From Promethearchaeota archaeon (lineage in GTDB: Archaea; Asgardarchaeota; Lokiarchaeia; Sigyniarchaeales; SOKP01): a stretch of 64,000 bases of DNA. Positions 1-9,739 of this stretch are shown here, piece by piece. Made by a program: the position numbers and the translations under genes. The stretch's first letter is position 1; every line of letters begins with the position of its first letter. A model generated the notes under the pieces. The model was given only the letters and a program-made list of their open reading frames with translations, was not told the DNA's origin and did no database searches. Location: the NCBI GenBank assembly GCA_019057795.1, contig JAHLWS010000021.1, positions 32,001 to 96,000 on the forward strand, in the 5' to 3' direction.

Positions 1-107
1 TTGACGGGCAATATCACGATATCCACAAATTCGCATTGTTTAAAAGAGATTGGAAAAAAAACAATGAGTAACAATTATCAAATTAGTTATACTGGAAGAA
101 AAACAAT

Positions 108-668
108 ATGACAGATGACATAATACCAATATTTATCGAAGGAGAAACTATAGATTTCGTCCCATTAAATATTGAAAACGTTAAATTGTATGGAAAATGG
201 GAAAATAACCCAAAAGTGCGGATATACTCTCGGAACATTATACCTCGTACCGAAGAAGAAATGAAGAAATACCTAGAGCCTTCGGATAAAAGACCTAAAA
301 ATGAAGTAAGTTTCGAAATTTGGCATAAAAAAGATAAAAAGACAATTGGTTTAGGAGAATTGTCAGATATCAACTGGTACAACCAACAAGCGTATTTAGG
401 GTTGCTTATTGGAGAGCCCGATTATTGGGGGCAAAAAATTGGAGAAGAAGCTACAAGGTTATTAGTTGAATATGCATTTAACGAACTAAACATTTTTAAA
501 CTTAAAGCTTCTATACTTGTTGTTAATAAAGGGTCGTGGCGTTGCGCAGAGAAAAACGGTTTTACTCGCGTAGCTACACTTAAGAAAGATATGTATGTTA
601 ACGGAGAATATTTGGATAATTACGTGTATTCCCTCCTAAAAGAAGATTGGTTAAAACTAAGAAAATAA
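108..668 (+). CDS. GNAT N-acetyltransferase, RimJ/RimL family
   Basis: Acetyl-CoA motif YWGQKIGEEA, N.GS.RCAEKNGF, and C-terminal YVNGEYLDNYVYSLLKEDW typical of RimL-like acetyltransferases. Confidence 0.9.
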   Translation: MTDDIIPIFIEGETIDFVPLNIENVKLYGKWENNPKVRIYSRNIIPRTEEEMKKYLEPSDKRPKNEVSFEIWHKKDKKTIGLGELSDINWYNQQAYLGLLIGEPDYWGQKIGEEATRLLVEYAFNELNIFKLKASILVVNKGSWRCAEKNGFTRVATLKKDMYVNGEYLDNYVYSLLKEDWLKLRK

Positions 669-696
669 AAAGTATTTCACTAGGGTGTAGCACAAA

Positions 697-1134
697 TTAA
701 AACTTAACTCCAAATACCTTCTCGCTCCATATGGATTTAAGATAAGTTATACAAATTCCGAAATAATCCACTAATTCTAATGTTTCATAGTTACCTTCCA
801 GAGATAAAAGAACCCCCCCCTCAGGATCAAGAAGTTCACCTTTCTCTTTTGAAATTTCGCACATGGGTCCATCATCATTACCTATTTTAGAATCTAAAAT
901 GAATCCTATTTGGAAATTGTTATAGTTTAAGATATCATTATGCTTATCAAGTTTCATTAGAGGAAATCCGTTTTTATTTTTAACCATGTTTCCTTCTAAG
1001 GATCCCATTTTTCTCTGTTTTTTATCAAAATAGATTTTTCCATCTATGTATCCTATCTTTTTATGTTTATTATTATACACTTCTAACATATTAACATCTT
1101 TCGTGTTTTTAATTGATATAATTTTAGAAAGCAT
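697..1134 (-). CDS. hypothetical beta-repeat protein (start may be ATG at 1089)
   Basis: Repeated (I/Y)x(D/N)xxxxxxG-like units; no recognised family. Confidence 0.6.
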   Translation of the reverse strand: MLSKIISIKNTKDVNMLEVYNNKHKKIGYIDGKIYFDKKQRKMGSLEGNMVKNKNGFPLMKLDKHNDILNYNNFQIGFILDSKIGNDDGPMCEISKEKGELLDPEGGVLLSLEGNYETLELVDYFGICITYLKSIWSEKVFGVKF

Positions 1135-1270
1135 CTAAATTTTTCTAAAAAAGGAGCGTTCTAATTACATATTCATTTAATAATTTAATATAACGAGTAA
1201 TCAGACTCTTAACTTAAAAAATAAAAAAAAAGAATTTTGTGATTATTTTTCAGTATTACATCTATTCCTA

Positions 1271-1564
1271 CTAATCTTCGACGCGAGTAAAATACCATTT
1301 ATACAATAAAGCTTGGTTTCCAGCGAATATTCCGACTCTATCGCCATCGTTTACCTTTTTATTAAATCCAGAGTACACTCCATTTACAAAGATGTGGCTG
1401 GTTTCACTTTCTTTAATCGAAAATTTCTTTAAAATGTCAGAAACTCGCTCTATTCCTTCAGTGCTTATTTCTGCGTTAGTTGGGCTCTTTGGAGATTTTT
1501 GTTTTGATATTTTCTTTGCTAAATCACCGAATAGTTTGACTAAAATTGTCATCTTTTTAGGCAC
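1271..1564 (-). CDS. MoaD/ThiS-like beta-grasp protein lacking the C-terminal GG
   Basis: VKLFGDL...IFVNG...VNDGDRVGIF; directly abuts the AOR stop codon. Confidence 0.8.
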   Translation of the reverse strand: MPKKMTILVKLFGDLAKKISKQKSPKSPTNAEISTEGIERVSDILKKFSIKESETSHIFVNGVYSGFNKKVNDGDRVGIFAGNQALLYKWYFTRVED

Positions 1565-3310
1565 TTAAGATTCAAAGACGCTATCTATCTCATCGTCTGT
1601 TACATCGAACACTTCATTGTGTGGTGGCAGTGGTTCTTTTAGAAAGAATTCAGGCAATCTATCGTCTGCGCTAGTAAATCCTGCTGCCTTATTGAACTTT
1701 AGTTCTGTATCAATAATTGACTTTCCTAGTCCCGCGATGTCGTTAACAGTTAGATTAACTCCTAATACTCCATTTACGGATTCTACCATTCCTTCTAAAC
1801 CTTCGGGGATATCTAATACGGCAAAAGCGGTAAATAGACAATAACCCGCAGCATCAATTACCGCTGTTGCGAACTGTAAATTCCGCGACAATTCTGCTTT
1901 TTTAGGGTCTCTAGGATCTGCGGTACCACCCACTCCCATAATTTCGGTTGCTATTGCGTACCCAGCCGTGTGGTCTGCTCCCATTGGAGTTGTTGCGTAT
2001 GTTACACCAATACCTTTAATTGCTCTAGGATCGTAAGCCGGTAGCGCTTGGTTCTTTACTACTGGGACTCTTGTTACGCCCATAGCTTTTCCAGTAAATC
2101 CCGTACCATTTGCTAATATCCTTCCAGTTGGAGTCTTCTTTCTAACTTCTTCCATGAGCTTTAACGCTCCCTTTGCGTCTCCAAATTCGACTAATCCACC
2201 TTCCATCGCTACGGCAATTGCGTTTCCCATTTCAATCGTGTCAAGTCCTAAGTCGTTACAAGCACGATTTAGTTCACCAACATCATCTAAGTTGTAAATG
2301 CTACAATTCGCTCCTAAGGCCCAGACAGATTCATATTCTAAAACCCCAACCGGATCTTTACCGCCCGGTTTTGTCCACACTTCAGAGCATTGAATAACGC
2401 AACCTGGGCTACAGAAATGAGGACGAACGCCGCCTCTCTTTTTGATTTCTTCCGCCTTTTTCTCACCTGAAATGTTTTCAACTCTATCATCTTGACCAGA
2501 TGAGAAGTTTCTCTGGGGTAACCCTCCTGATTCGTTAATAATATTAACTAAAACACCCGTACCATAAGTGTTTAGCGCACCTCCAGGTTTTGTCACGTCG
2601 TGAGATGTAAGTGCGTCCCTTAACTTTTTCGCCCCTTGTTTGAAAACTTCTAGGTTTTTAATTTCAACGCCTGGTGCTCCAGCATCGTCAACAACTATAA
2701 ATTTCAATCCTTTTGACGCCATAACGGCTCCAAGTCCACCCCGTCCTGCGTACCTACTAGGTAATCCTTCGGGGTCGTTAAAACAGACCCCAGAAGCTGT
2801 CCCTAACATTTCTGCAGCGATTCCACAACTACTAATGCTTACCTTATCTCCGAATTCCTTATAAAGGTCTTTGTAGACTTGATATAGTCCTTTTCCAGAC
2901 CACTTATTTGCATTTGTAAATTCAATGCCATCGTTAGTTATTTTTAGAAGGTAATAGTCCTTTCCTTCGTGCTTCCCTTCCACGATTATTGCAGCGATTT
3001 GTAATCGAGCTAACATTTGAGCGAACGTAGTACCTGCGTTTGCTTCCTTAATTCCTCCCGTTAAGGGGGATTTTGCCCCTACTGATAGTCTTCCTGATGT
3101 AGGCGCTGAAGTTCCTGTAACAATACCGGGTGCAAATACAAGTTTATTATTTGGACCCAAAGGATGGCAAAGAGGGGGTACTTCGTTTAATACAATCGTC
3201 GAAGTAAGCGAACGACCTCCAAGAGCCATGTAATCTTGAGGAAAATCCTCAAATTTGGCTTCAAGTTTGTTCATATTTACTCTTAATATTCTTTTTGGCA
3301 TAAATTTCAC
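1565..3310 (-). CDS. aor: aldehyde:ferredoxin oxidoreductase (tungsten)
   Basis: KSPLTGGIKEANAG, AGRGGLGAVMASKGLK, EYES, CNDLGLDTI, YDPR motifs. Confidence 0.95.
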   Translation of the reverse strand: MKFMPKRILRVNMNKLEAKFEDFPQDYMALGGRSLTSTIVLNEVPPLCHPLGPNNKLVFAPGIVTGTSAPTSGRLSVGAKSPLTGGIKEANAGTTFAQMLARLQIAAIIVEGKHEGKDYYLLKITNDGIEFTNANKWSGKGLYQVYKDLYKEFGDKVSISSCGIAAEMLGTASGVCFNDPEGLPSRYAGRGGLGAVMASKGLKFIVVDDAGAPGVEIKNLEVFKQGAKKLRDALTSHDVTKPGGALNTYGTGVLVNIINESGGLPQRNFSSGQDDRVENISGEKKAEEIKKRGGVRPHFCSPGCVIQCSEVWTKPGGKDPVGVLEYESVWALGANCSIYNLDDVGELNRACNDLGLDTIEMGNAIAVAMEGGLVEFGDAKGALKLMEEVRKKTPTGRILANGTGFTGKAMGVTRVPVVKNQALPAYDPRAIKGIGVTYATTPMGADHTAGYAIATEIMGVGGTADPRDPKKAELSRNLQFATAVIDAAGYCLFTAFAVLDIPEGLEGMVESVNGVLGVNLTVNDIAGLGKSIIDTELKFNKAAGFTSADDRLPEFFLKEPLPPHNEVFDVTDDEIDSVFES

Positions 3311-3426
3311 CTTAATTTTTAGGCATTTTATAATTGTGAATAATGTTTATATAAATTTACGTTATGTTTTTTCAGACCGAACGAAAGTTATTAGGATTAG
3401 TAATAAAAATCCAAATCATAAAAAAA

Positions 3427-3549
3427 CAGGCCCGAGGGGATATGTTCAAAAAACGCGAAGTGCGTATTATATTGAACCCCCGACCTTCTGCTTTCTCCAT
3501 ACACATTATGTAGGAGGCAGCCGCGATATCCATGCTTCGCCACGAGCCT
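3427..3549 (-). tRNA. tRNA-Arg(CCT) with two introns: 3493-3510 at position 37/38 and 3442-3471 at position 58/59
   Basis: Manual cloverleaf: acceptor AGGCTCG/CGGGCCT, D stem GCGA/TCGC, anticodon loop CT-CCT-AA, T arm GGGGG-TTCAAAT-CCCCT after removing two BHB-bounded introns; mature length 75 nt, CCA not encoded. Confidence 0.9.
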
Positions 3550-3644
3550 TTATGTATAAAAGATTCTAGGAATATATTCCATATATGTTTTTTGATTCTT
3601 AATAAATCATATTTTAAAAATCCATCTAAGACCATGTTATTATT

Positions 3645-4601
3645 TTGGTTTTTATTTTTCTTAAAATTGTGACCATAAAGAATAAGAATCCAAGAAGAAA
3701 TAAACTTTACAATGATGGAGAAAGAAAGGAATGTGGAGAATGTCATGAGATCAAATCTCATGAATATTTTCGAAAAAGAAAAGGGCGTTTAAGGTCCATT
3801 TGTGAAGATTGCAGACAAAAAATGTATGCAATTAATAACTTTAAGAAACAAATTAAAATAATTACCTTACTATTTGATAAAAGATGTCACAATTGCCATA
3901 GTGGTCTTCAAATTTTACCTGCGATGGAATTTCATCACTTGAATCCGTACTCCAAAAAGTATTCATGGAGAGACTTAAGAGGAAGAAATGTAGATGAGAT
4001 AATTAGAATTATTAAAAACGAGAATCTTCAAGTTTTATGTAGAAACTGTCATAGTTGTGCAGAAATAACTAATTATGACAAATTTAAGGAGATTATCCTA
4101 TCAGAGAAATTATCAATTAATAATGTTGGAGAAATTGATGCCATAGTTTATGAAGAGATCAAAAGTAATATTAAATATCGATCTGAAAGTCTTAAAGGAG
4201 CTCAACATAGAGCAAGAATTAAATATAGAATTAAGAAATGGATCAAAAAGAGGATAATTATTGAAATCTTATATAATGGTGCTTGCATTGGTTGTCGAAA
4301 CATAAGAATTAATGACAAATTACCTGCTTTAGATTTTCATCATCGAAACCCAAAGATAAAAGAATTTAAATGGGAAAAGCTATCTAAACTTCCTATAAAT
4401 AATATAATTACCATTTTAAAGAATGAAGATTGTATTTGTTTGTGCAAAAATTGCCATTCCTTAATCCATTCAATAAATTTTGAACAATTTATTGATGAAA
4501 TCTTTGAAAAGGAGAATGCATTAGTGATAGAATTAGTGGAAGAAAGCTATTTGCAACTAAAAGAAAACATTAATAACTTCTCCTTTAAAGAAAAACTATA
4601 A
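3645..4601 (+). CDS. tandem double HNH-type endonuclease with N-terminal Zn finger (likely start GTG ~3669)
   Basis: CGECHE..CEDC, then two units of CxxC..(E/D)FHH.NP..K..W....LCxNCH. Confidence 0.8.
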   Translation: MVFIFLKIVTIKNKNPRRNKLYNDGERKECGECHEIKSHEYFRKRKGRLRSICEDCRQKMYAINNFKKQIKIITLLFDKRCHNCHSGLQILPAMEFHHLNPYSKKYSWRDLRGRNVDEIIRIIKNENLQVLCRNCHSCAEITNYDKFKEIILSEKLSINNVGEIDAIVYEEIKSNIKYRSESLKGAQHRARIKYRIKKWIKKRIIIEILYNGACIGCRNIRINDKLPALDFHHRNPKIKEFKWEKLSKLPINNIITILKNEDCICLCKNCHSLIHSINFEQFIDEIFEKENALVIELVEESYLQLKENINNFSFKEKL

Positions 4602-4742
4602 ATAAAAAATTAGAGATAATAGTGGGATATTTATATCCAAATTACGATGGAATAAATAAATCAAAAGGTTTTAATTCTGAACTTTAATTTAAATTATTAT
4701 TAGTATAGATTTTTTTGAAATATTATTTTTAGTGTATATAAA

Positions 4743-5027
4743 ATGGAAAGAAGAAATTACCCACAACATAGGCCACAAAGACCTATTGATTATTTAAAGA
4801 ATTCTGTGAATAAGATCATATTAATTAAAGTTAAGAGGAATCGTTTATTTCGAGGTAAATTGGCCGGATTTGACGAGCATCTTAACCTGTATCTAGAAGG
4901 AACAACTCAGCTTTTTGAATACATAGATGAGGATGGTTCTGTTCACGAGGAGCACGAAACGCTTGGAGACATCGTTGTACGCGGTGATAATGTAATATTC
5001 GTCAATCTCGCCAACCCAGACGGTTAA
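4743..5027 (+). CDS. Sm-like archaeal protein (LSm/SmAP)
   Basis: RPIDYL, GKLAGFDEHLNLYL (Sm1) and IVVRGDNVIFV (Sm2). Confidence 0.93.
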   Translation: MERRNYPQHRPQRPIDYLKNSVNKIILIKVKRNRLFRGKLAGFDEHLNLYLEGTTQLFEYIDEDGSVHEEHETLGDIVVRGDNVIFVNLANPDG

Positions 5028-5188
5028 AAACTCTCTGAAATAAATCTTCTCGTTCTTGGAAATCCTTACATGATATTAAATCTCATTTAGATCACTCAAA
5101 ACTTATTAGATCGCAATTCTTTAAAATAGATAGGAATTGAAATTTGATTTTTAAATTAAAAAGCAATTTTACGAGAGATCTTTAAATA

Positions 5189-7332
5189 TTGATTGAAGCT
5201 GAGAGTATTAAACCCGAAAAGACATTATTGATAAGCCCAAATTTGGGACACCCTCTATTTTTAGATATAGATCGTAACTTCAAGCAAAAAGAATTTGAAG
5301 TTAACTTATTATTTGTGAGCAATATAAAAGATATCGAAAATTTCGAGAGGCTCATTAAGCATGGGTTAGATTTTATCCCCATTCTTGAATATAAGTGGAA
5401 ATTGAAAGCACATTTCGAAAAAGAGAAAGAAGAACGATTGGAAAGAAAAAAGAAAAGAAGTATCTGGGATAAAATTAAAAGCATTTTTACTCGGAAAAAA
5501 AAAAGAAGGAAGAAGAATTACCACCCGTTTTAGAGATTACAGATTCTACGGGAAAAATGTTTGATATTGTGCAAGCCGAAAAAATCGAAACGTTAAGGCC
5601 GCGAGCATTTAGAGGGGATTTAATAAAAGGGACTCTTTTAAAGGTAGAACCCGTAAAAACCTGCGAGATTGATAACATTAAATTTGACAATTATTATAGT
5701 CCTCGAAATTACTTAATTAAATATAATATTTATTCGGGTTTAAATGAATTTTACAAGGCGACAATTCAGTTCAAGTTATCGAAAGAAGTATTGGAATTTT
5801 TAGAAAGTTTTAATTTTGTAATGTTTGATCTTTGGCAAGAAATGCCCAATAAGGAAATTCGCGTTTCTTATCATTCAATCGTCGTTTCAAAAAATAAATG
5901 GAGCGATTTTAAATTCTTTCACGCGACAGATTTACACTTGGCAGAACGTAACGATAGAATTTACGAAATCGTTAAGAAATGGAATGTTTTAGTGAGAAAA
6001 TCAGATTTTGGCGAACTTCTTGCCCAAGGCGCGAAGGCAGTTTCATTTTTTCAACGTTTACTAATAAAAAAACCAGAAGATAAAATTCCAATTAAAAGTA
6101 CTGAACCACTTCGTAAACGATTTGTAAACCCTAACAATAACTTTAGAACGTTTATTAAGCTCGTTAACAAGAAAGTAAATAAGAACGATTTAGATTTTGT
6201 CGTTTTAACAGGAGATTTAATAGATTTTGCTATTCTCTCCAAAATACCCAGAGAAAAAAGAAAAAATCTAGATTATAACTATAAGGATAGTAATTGGCGG
6301 ATATTTAAAGAGATTTTGTTAAATTTTCCTCAAGAGAAAAGAAGAGGGATGGTTTCTGGAGAAGAAATACTTTGTCCTATCTTTACTATTCCCGGTAACC
6401 ACGATTATCGACCGTTTCACTACGACCTTCGGTGGGGAAATTTATACCGAAAAATTGGTTTAAATAGTAACGAAGCAATCGCTTTGAACGAAGAGTTAAT
6501 GGCAAACCCAATTAGTTCAATAACTAAGAGCTTCAGCGCTTTGAAAGCATATTTGATAGAAATTAACTCTTCTTTAGATTATTGTATCAAGTTAGGAAAT
6601 AACAACTTTATTTTCTTAAATACTGGCTCAGATTCTTTTAAAAAATTAATGGATTTTCTCAGTGGTCATCCATCGGTTACTGGAATTTCAGAAAAACACA
6701 TTAAATATTTAGAAAATATAATTAATAGTAAAATAGAACCAGAAAACAACAATTACCTTATGCTTCATGGACCACCAATTAATCCAAAAAAAAGTATTAG
6801 CCCACTTAAACGGTATGCAATGTCAAAACAATCCGAAGAATTATTAACAAAAATTGATGAATTTAAAGAATCTTTAATCCAAAAGTTAGGTAAAAAACTT
6901 TCCTTAGCTCGAATTGATAACAAATTTGACGTGCAATATGGCGCAGTCTCAAAAAACTGGGAGAAACTTCTTAAATTTTGTTTAGATTTCTGTATTCTTA
7001 CGCTTTCAGGACATACGCACGAATTAAAAGAATTTAGATTGAGCGACCCACAAGATTTAAAGACTAAAGACGTCGATACACACACATCGCCTTTTAGTTT
7101 AGAAAAATTAGAAAATCCTGCGGAGATATACTATGATATCTATTCTGAACTATATAATAATCCCGAAGATATTGAAAATAATGGCCCCTTTGTCGTTCAA
7201 ACGCCTGCACTGGGCTTAGGGAGTTATAAAAACCCTAAATCTGCAAGCGCTTTTCGAGAGATCGTTATTAAAAAAGGGAGACTCGCTTCTTTTAAAGTTA
7301 AGTACTTAAAACATCAATTTAAACAATTATAA
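5189..7332 (+). CDS. calcineurin-like metallophosphoesterase, split by a frameshift at A10 5495-5504 (ORFs 5189-5533 and 5557-7332)
   Basis: DLH, TGDLID, PGNHD, LHG and SGHTH motifs; one extra A joins the ORFs through KKKKEEELPPVLEITDSTGKMF. Confidence 0.8.
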
Positions 7333-7352
7333 TTGAATTTAATAAAGAGATG

Positions 7353-8006
7353 TTAATCAATTAAGCTAGTTCCTAATTCAAATGCGCGTATATCTCTTGA
7401 AGAGTCTTCATGAAATTCTCTTAAAATCGTTAAAATTAGCTTTTCATAAAATATGTCTCGAAATTCTTTTACCCCCACTCCTAATGCTATTATAGTGCTG
7501 TAATTGGGGTTGTTAAAGTATTTAATTGAGAGCTCGTTGAAATCGAGCGAAAATACCTTTCTAGCCAATTGATCTAAAATGTCAACAATTTGAGCAATCG
7601 AAGGATATATGATTTTCTTTTTCGAATCTTTGATGCTTTGCTTTAAATCTATTTGATGAGTATTTAAAATCACCACAGTTTTTTCTGAAATGTATTTTAA
7701 ATTCTTTAAGGTTTCAAGGGGTTCAAGTCCTAAAAATAGATGTGCATCTCTTATAGGGATTTTCGAGGAATTAAGATCTTCTATAGTATAATTCTGGTCG
7801 AGGGAATATATCCTACTATCAATAAGATACCGAACAAATGCTATCTTCGATCGTTTCTTTTTTGATTCATAGTCTAAGGTGGACCCAACAGCCTTTTCAA
7901 TTAAAATACTTCTATCTCCGTACTCCTTTAAGATGTTACGTAAAAATGAAACTTCTCGTTTATCTACTCCGATTACCAGAATGTTATACATATCTCCAAT
8001 TAGCAA
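7353..8006 (-). CDS. degenerate IorB/POR-gamma-like protein (2-oxoacid:ferredoxin oxidoreductase family)
   Basis: NILVIGV..., IP..DAHLFLGLEPLETLK.L.Y, VVILN and RAFELG match IorB; the GGQG and QRGG motifs are lost. Confidence 0.7.
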   Translation of the reverse strand: MLIGDMYNILVIGVDKREVSFLRNILKEYGDRSILIEKAVGSTLDYESKKKRSKIAFVRYLIDSRIYSLDQNYTIEDLNSSKIPIRDAHLFLGLEPLETLKNLKYISEKTVVILNTHQIDLKQSIKDSKKKIIYPSIAQIVDILDQLARKVFSLDFNELSIKYFNNPNYSTIIALGVGVKEFRDIFYEKLILTILREFHEDSSRDIRAFELGTSLID

Positions 8007-8124
8007 TCACTTTATTATTTAATAATTCTAATTCTAAAAAATTCTCATCATTAATTATTCTTATTTATTAACGAAAAATGCTCGGTATTGAAAAATGAAA
8101 GAAAATAGAATAAGATTTACAAGT

Positions 8125-9609
8125 TTAATGATGAACTGGTCGACCCTTTTTGTGTATTGCCATACCAAAAACATCTTCCATCCCTTCTAAAACCATCTCG
8201 CTGATGGTTGGGTGTGAATGTATTGTTTCTGCGACATCGTGAACTGTTAATCCGTGTTGCATGGCTAAAGCGATTTCTGCAATCAATTCTGGTGCTTCAG
8301 TTCCAATACAAGATGCTCCAATAATTTTATGTGTTTGCTTATCCGCCAAAATTAAAATAAAGCCTTCTTCTTCACCCATACACTTCGCTTTTCCTAGCGA
8401 CATATACGAGAATCGTCCCATCATTAATTCGTATCCCAAATCTTTAGCTTGTTTTCTACGTATACCGACTGAACCAATATTTGGGCTTGTAAAAATGGTT
8501 GCTGGAACAACCTTATAATCTGTGGTTCTTTCTTCAACAGGAAATCCACCTAAGCTAGCTAAAGTGTTTGCAACGGCAACATCCCCTTCGTGACTAGCAA
8601 CATGGGCAAGCATAAGTCCGCCTGTCACGTCACCAATGGCATAGATCCCTTTTACGGAAGTTTCTAAAGTCTTGAGATCTACTTTTATTGATCCTCTAGC
8701 AGTTTCGATTCCAAGTTCTTCTAATCCTAAGTTACCCGATTCTTTTGCTCGGCCAATAGATACTAAGCAATAATCAGCTTCAAAGTAGGACTTTTCGGCA
8801 GATTCTACTTGGGCTCTAGGAACAGCTGCTGAACAAGTTGTTGCTTTCACGCCCGTTCCAGTATTTTCAACTGATAAGACGTTTTGAGAGACATGAATTT
8901 CGATTCCTAAAGAATTTAATTTCTTTTGTAGCTCTTTCACGATCATCGGCTCTTCGGTTGCGATCGGAGAGGGAAGATATTCTAATATGATAACCTTACT
9001 TCCAAAAGCAGAAAATATGTTTGCAAATTCGCATCCTATCACTCCAGCTCCAATAATGAGCAATCGTTTTGGAACAATTCTGAAATCGGGCAAGAGAATA
9101 TCGTCGCTAGTTAAAATTCTATCGTGATCAATATTGAACGCGGGAATCAGTGCAGGAGAGGAGCCTGTAGCAATTATGACTCTTTTTGCTTTAATAGTTT
9201 TCTTTTCTTCTCCTTCTATTGAGATTTCAAAGCCATCGTTAGCATTTCCACCTAAGATTTTTCCATGTCCCATAAAAACATCGTTCTTCCACGCCTTTTC
9301 TAATGCAGCAATTCCGCCAGTTAATTCTGAAACAATTTTATTTTTACGCTCTACAGCTTTGCTAAAATCTAACTTTATATCACAAGTTACTCCAAGTTCT
9401 TCTCCATTTTCTCTTATACGTTGTATAAGTTCTGCAGACGCATATAAAGCTTTAGTAGGGATACAACCCACATTTAAACAAGTCCCTCCAAGACTCTTTT
9501 TCTCTATTAAGGCGACCTTAGCACCATATTGAGCTGCTCTAATGGCTGAGTGATAGCCACCGGGTCCACTTCCAATAACCGCTATATCATATAATTCAGT
9601 ATCCGACAT
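8125..9609 (-). CDS. lpdA: dihydrolipoamide dehydrogenase
   Basis: GSGPGGY, GGTCLNVGCIPTK, GAGVIGCE, HSHPTISE. Confidence 0.95.
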   Translation of the reverse strand: MSDTELYDIAVIGSGPGGYHSAIRAAQYGAKVALIEKKSLGGTCLNVGCIPTKALYASAELIQRIRENGEELGVTCDIKLDFSKAVERKNKIVSELTGGIAALEKAWKNDVFMGHGKILGGNANDGFEISIEGEEKKTIKAKRVIIATGSSPALIPAFNIDHDRILTSDDILLPDFRIVPKRLLIIGAGVIGCEFANIFSAFGSKVIILEYLPSPIATEEPMIVKELQKKLNSLGIEIHVSQNVLSVENTGTGVKATTCSAAVPRAQVESAEKSYFEADYCLVSIGRAKESGNLGLEELGIETARGSIKVDLKTLETSVKGIYAIGDVTGGLMLAHVASHEGDVAVANTLASLGGFPVEERTTDYKVVPATIFTSPNIGSVGIRRKQAKDLGYELMMGRFSYMSLGKAKCMGEEEGFILILADKQTHKIIGASCIGTEAPELIAEIALAMQHGLTVHDVAETIHSHPTISEMVLEGMEDVFGMAIHKKGRPVHH

Positions 9610-9739
9610 AATTTAGTTTCCGACATCCTTTTTATCAACTTCTTTAATATAAAGTAATAAATACTATATTTTAATTGATATAAATTATACAAACAATATT
9701 AAATTTAATAAATAATAATTCAAATAGCAGTGTTCAAAT

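Noticed and set aside
3255-3761. ORFs 3255-3569 (+) and 3372-3761 (-)
   Set aside because: They overlap the tRNA-Arg gene and neighbouring genes; spurious.
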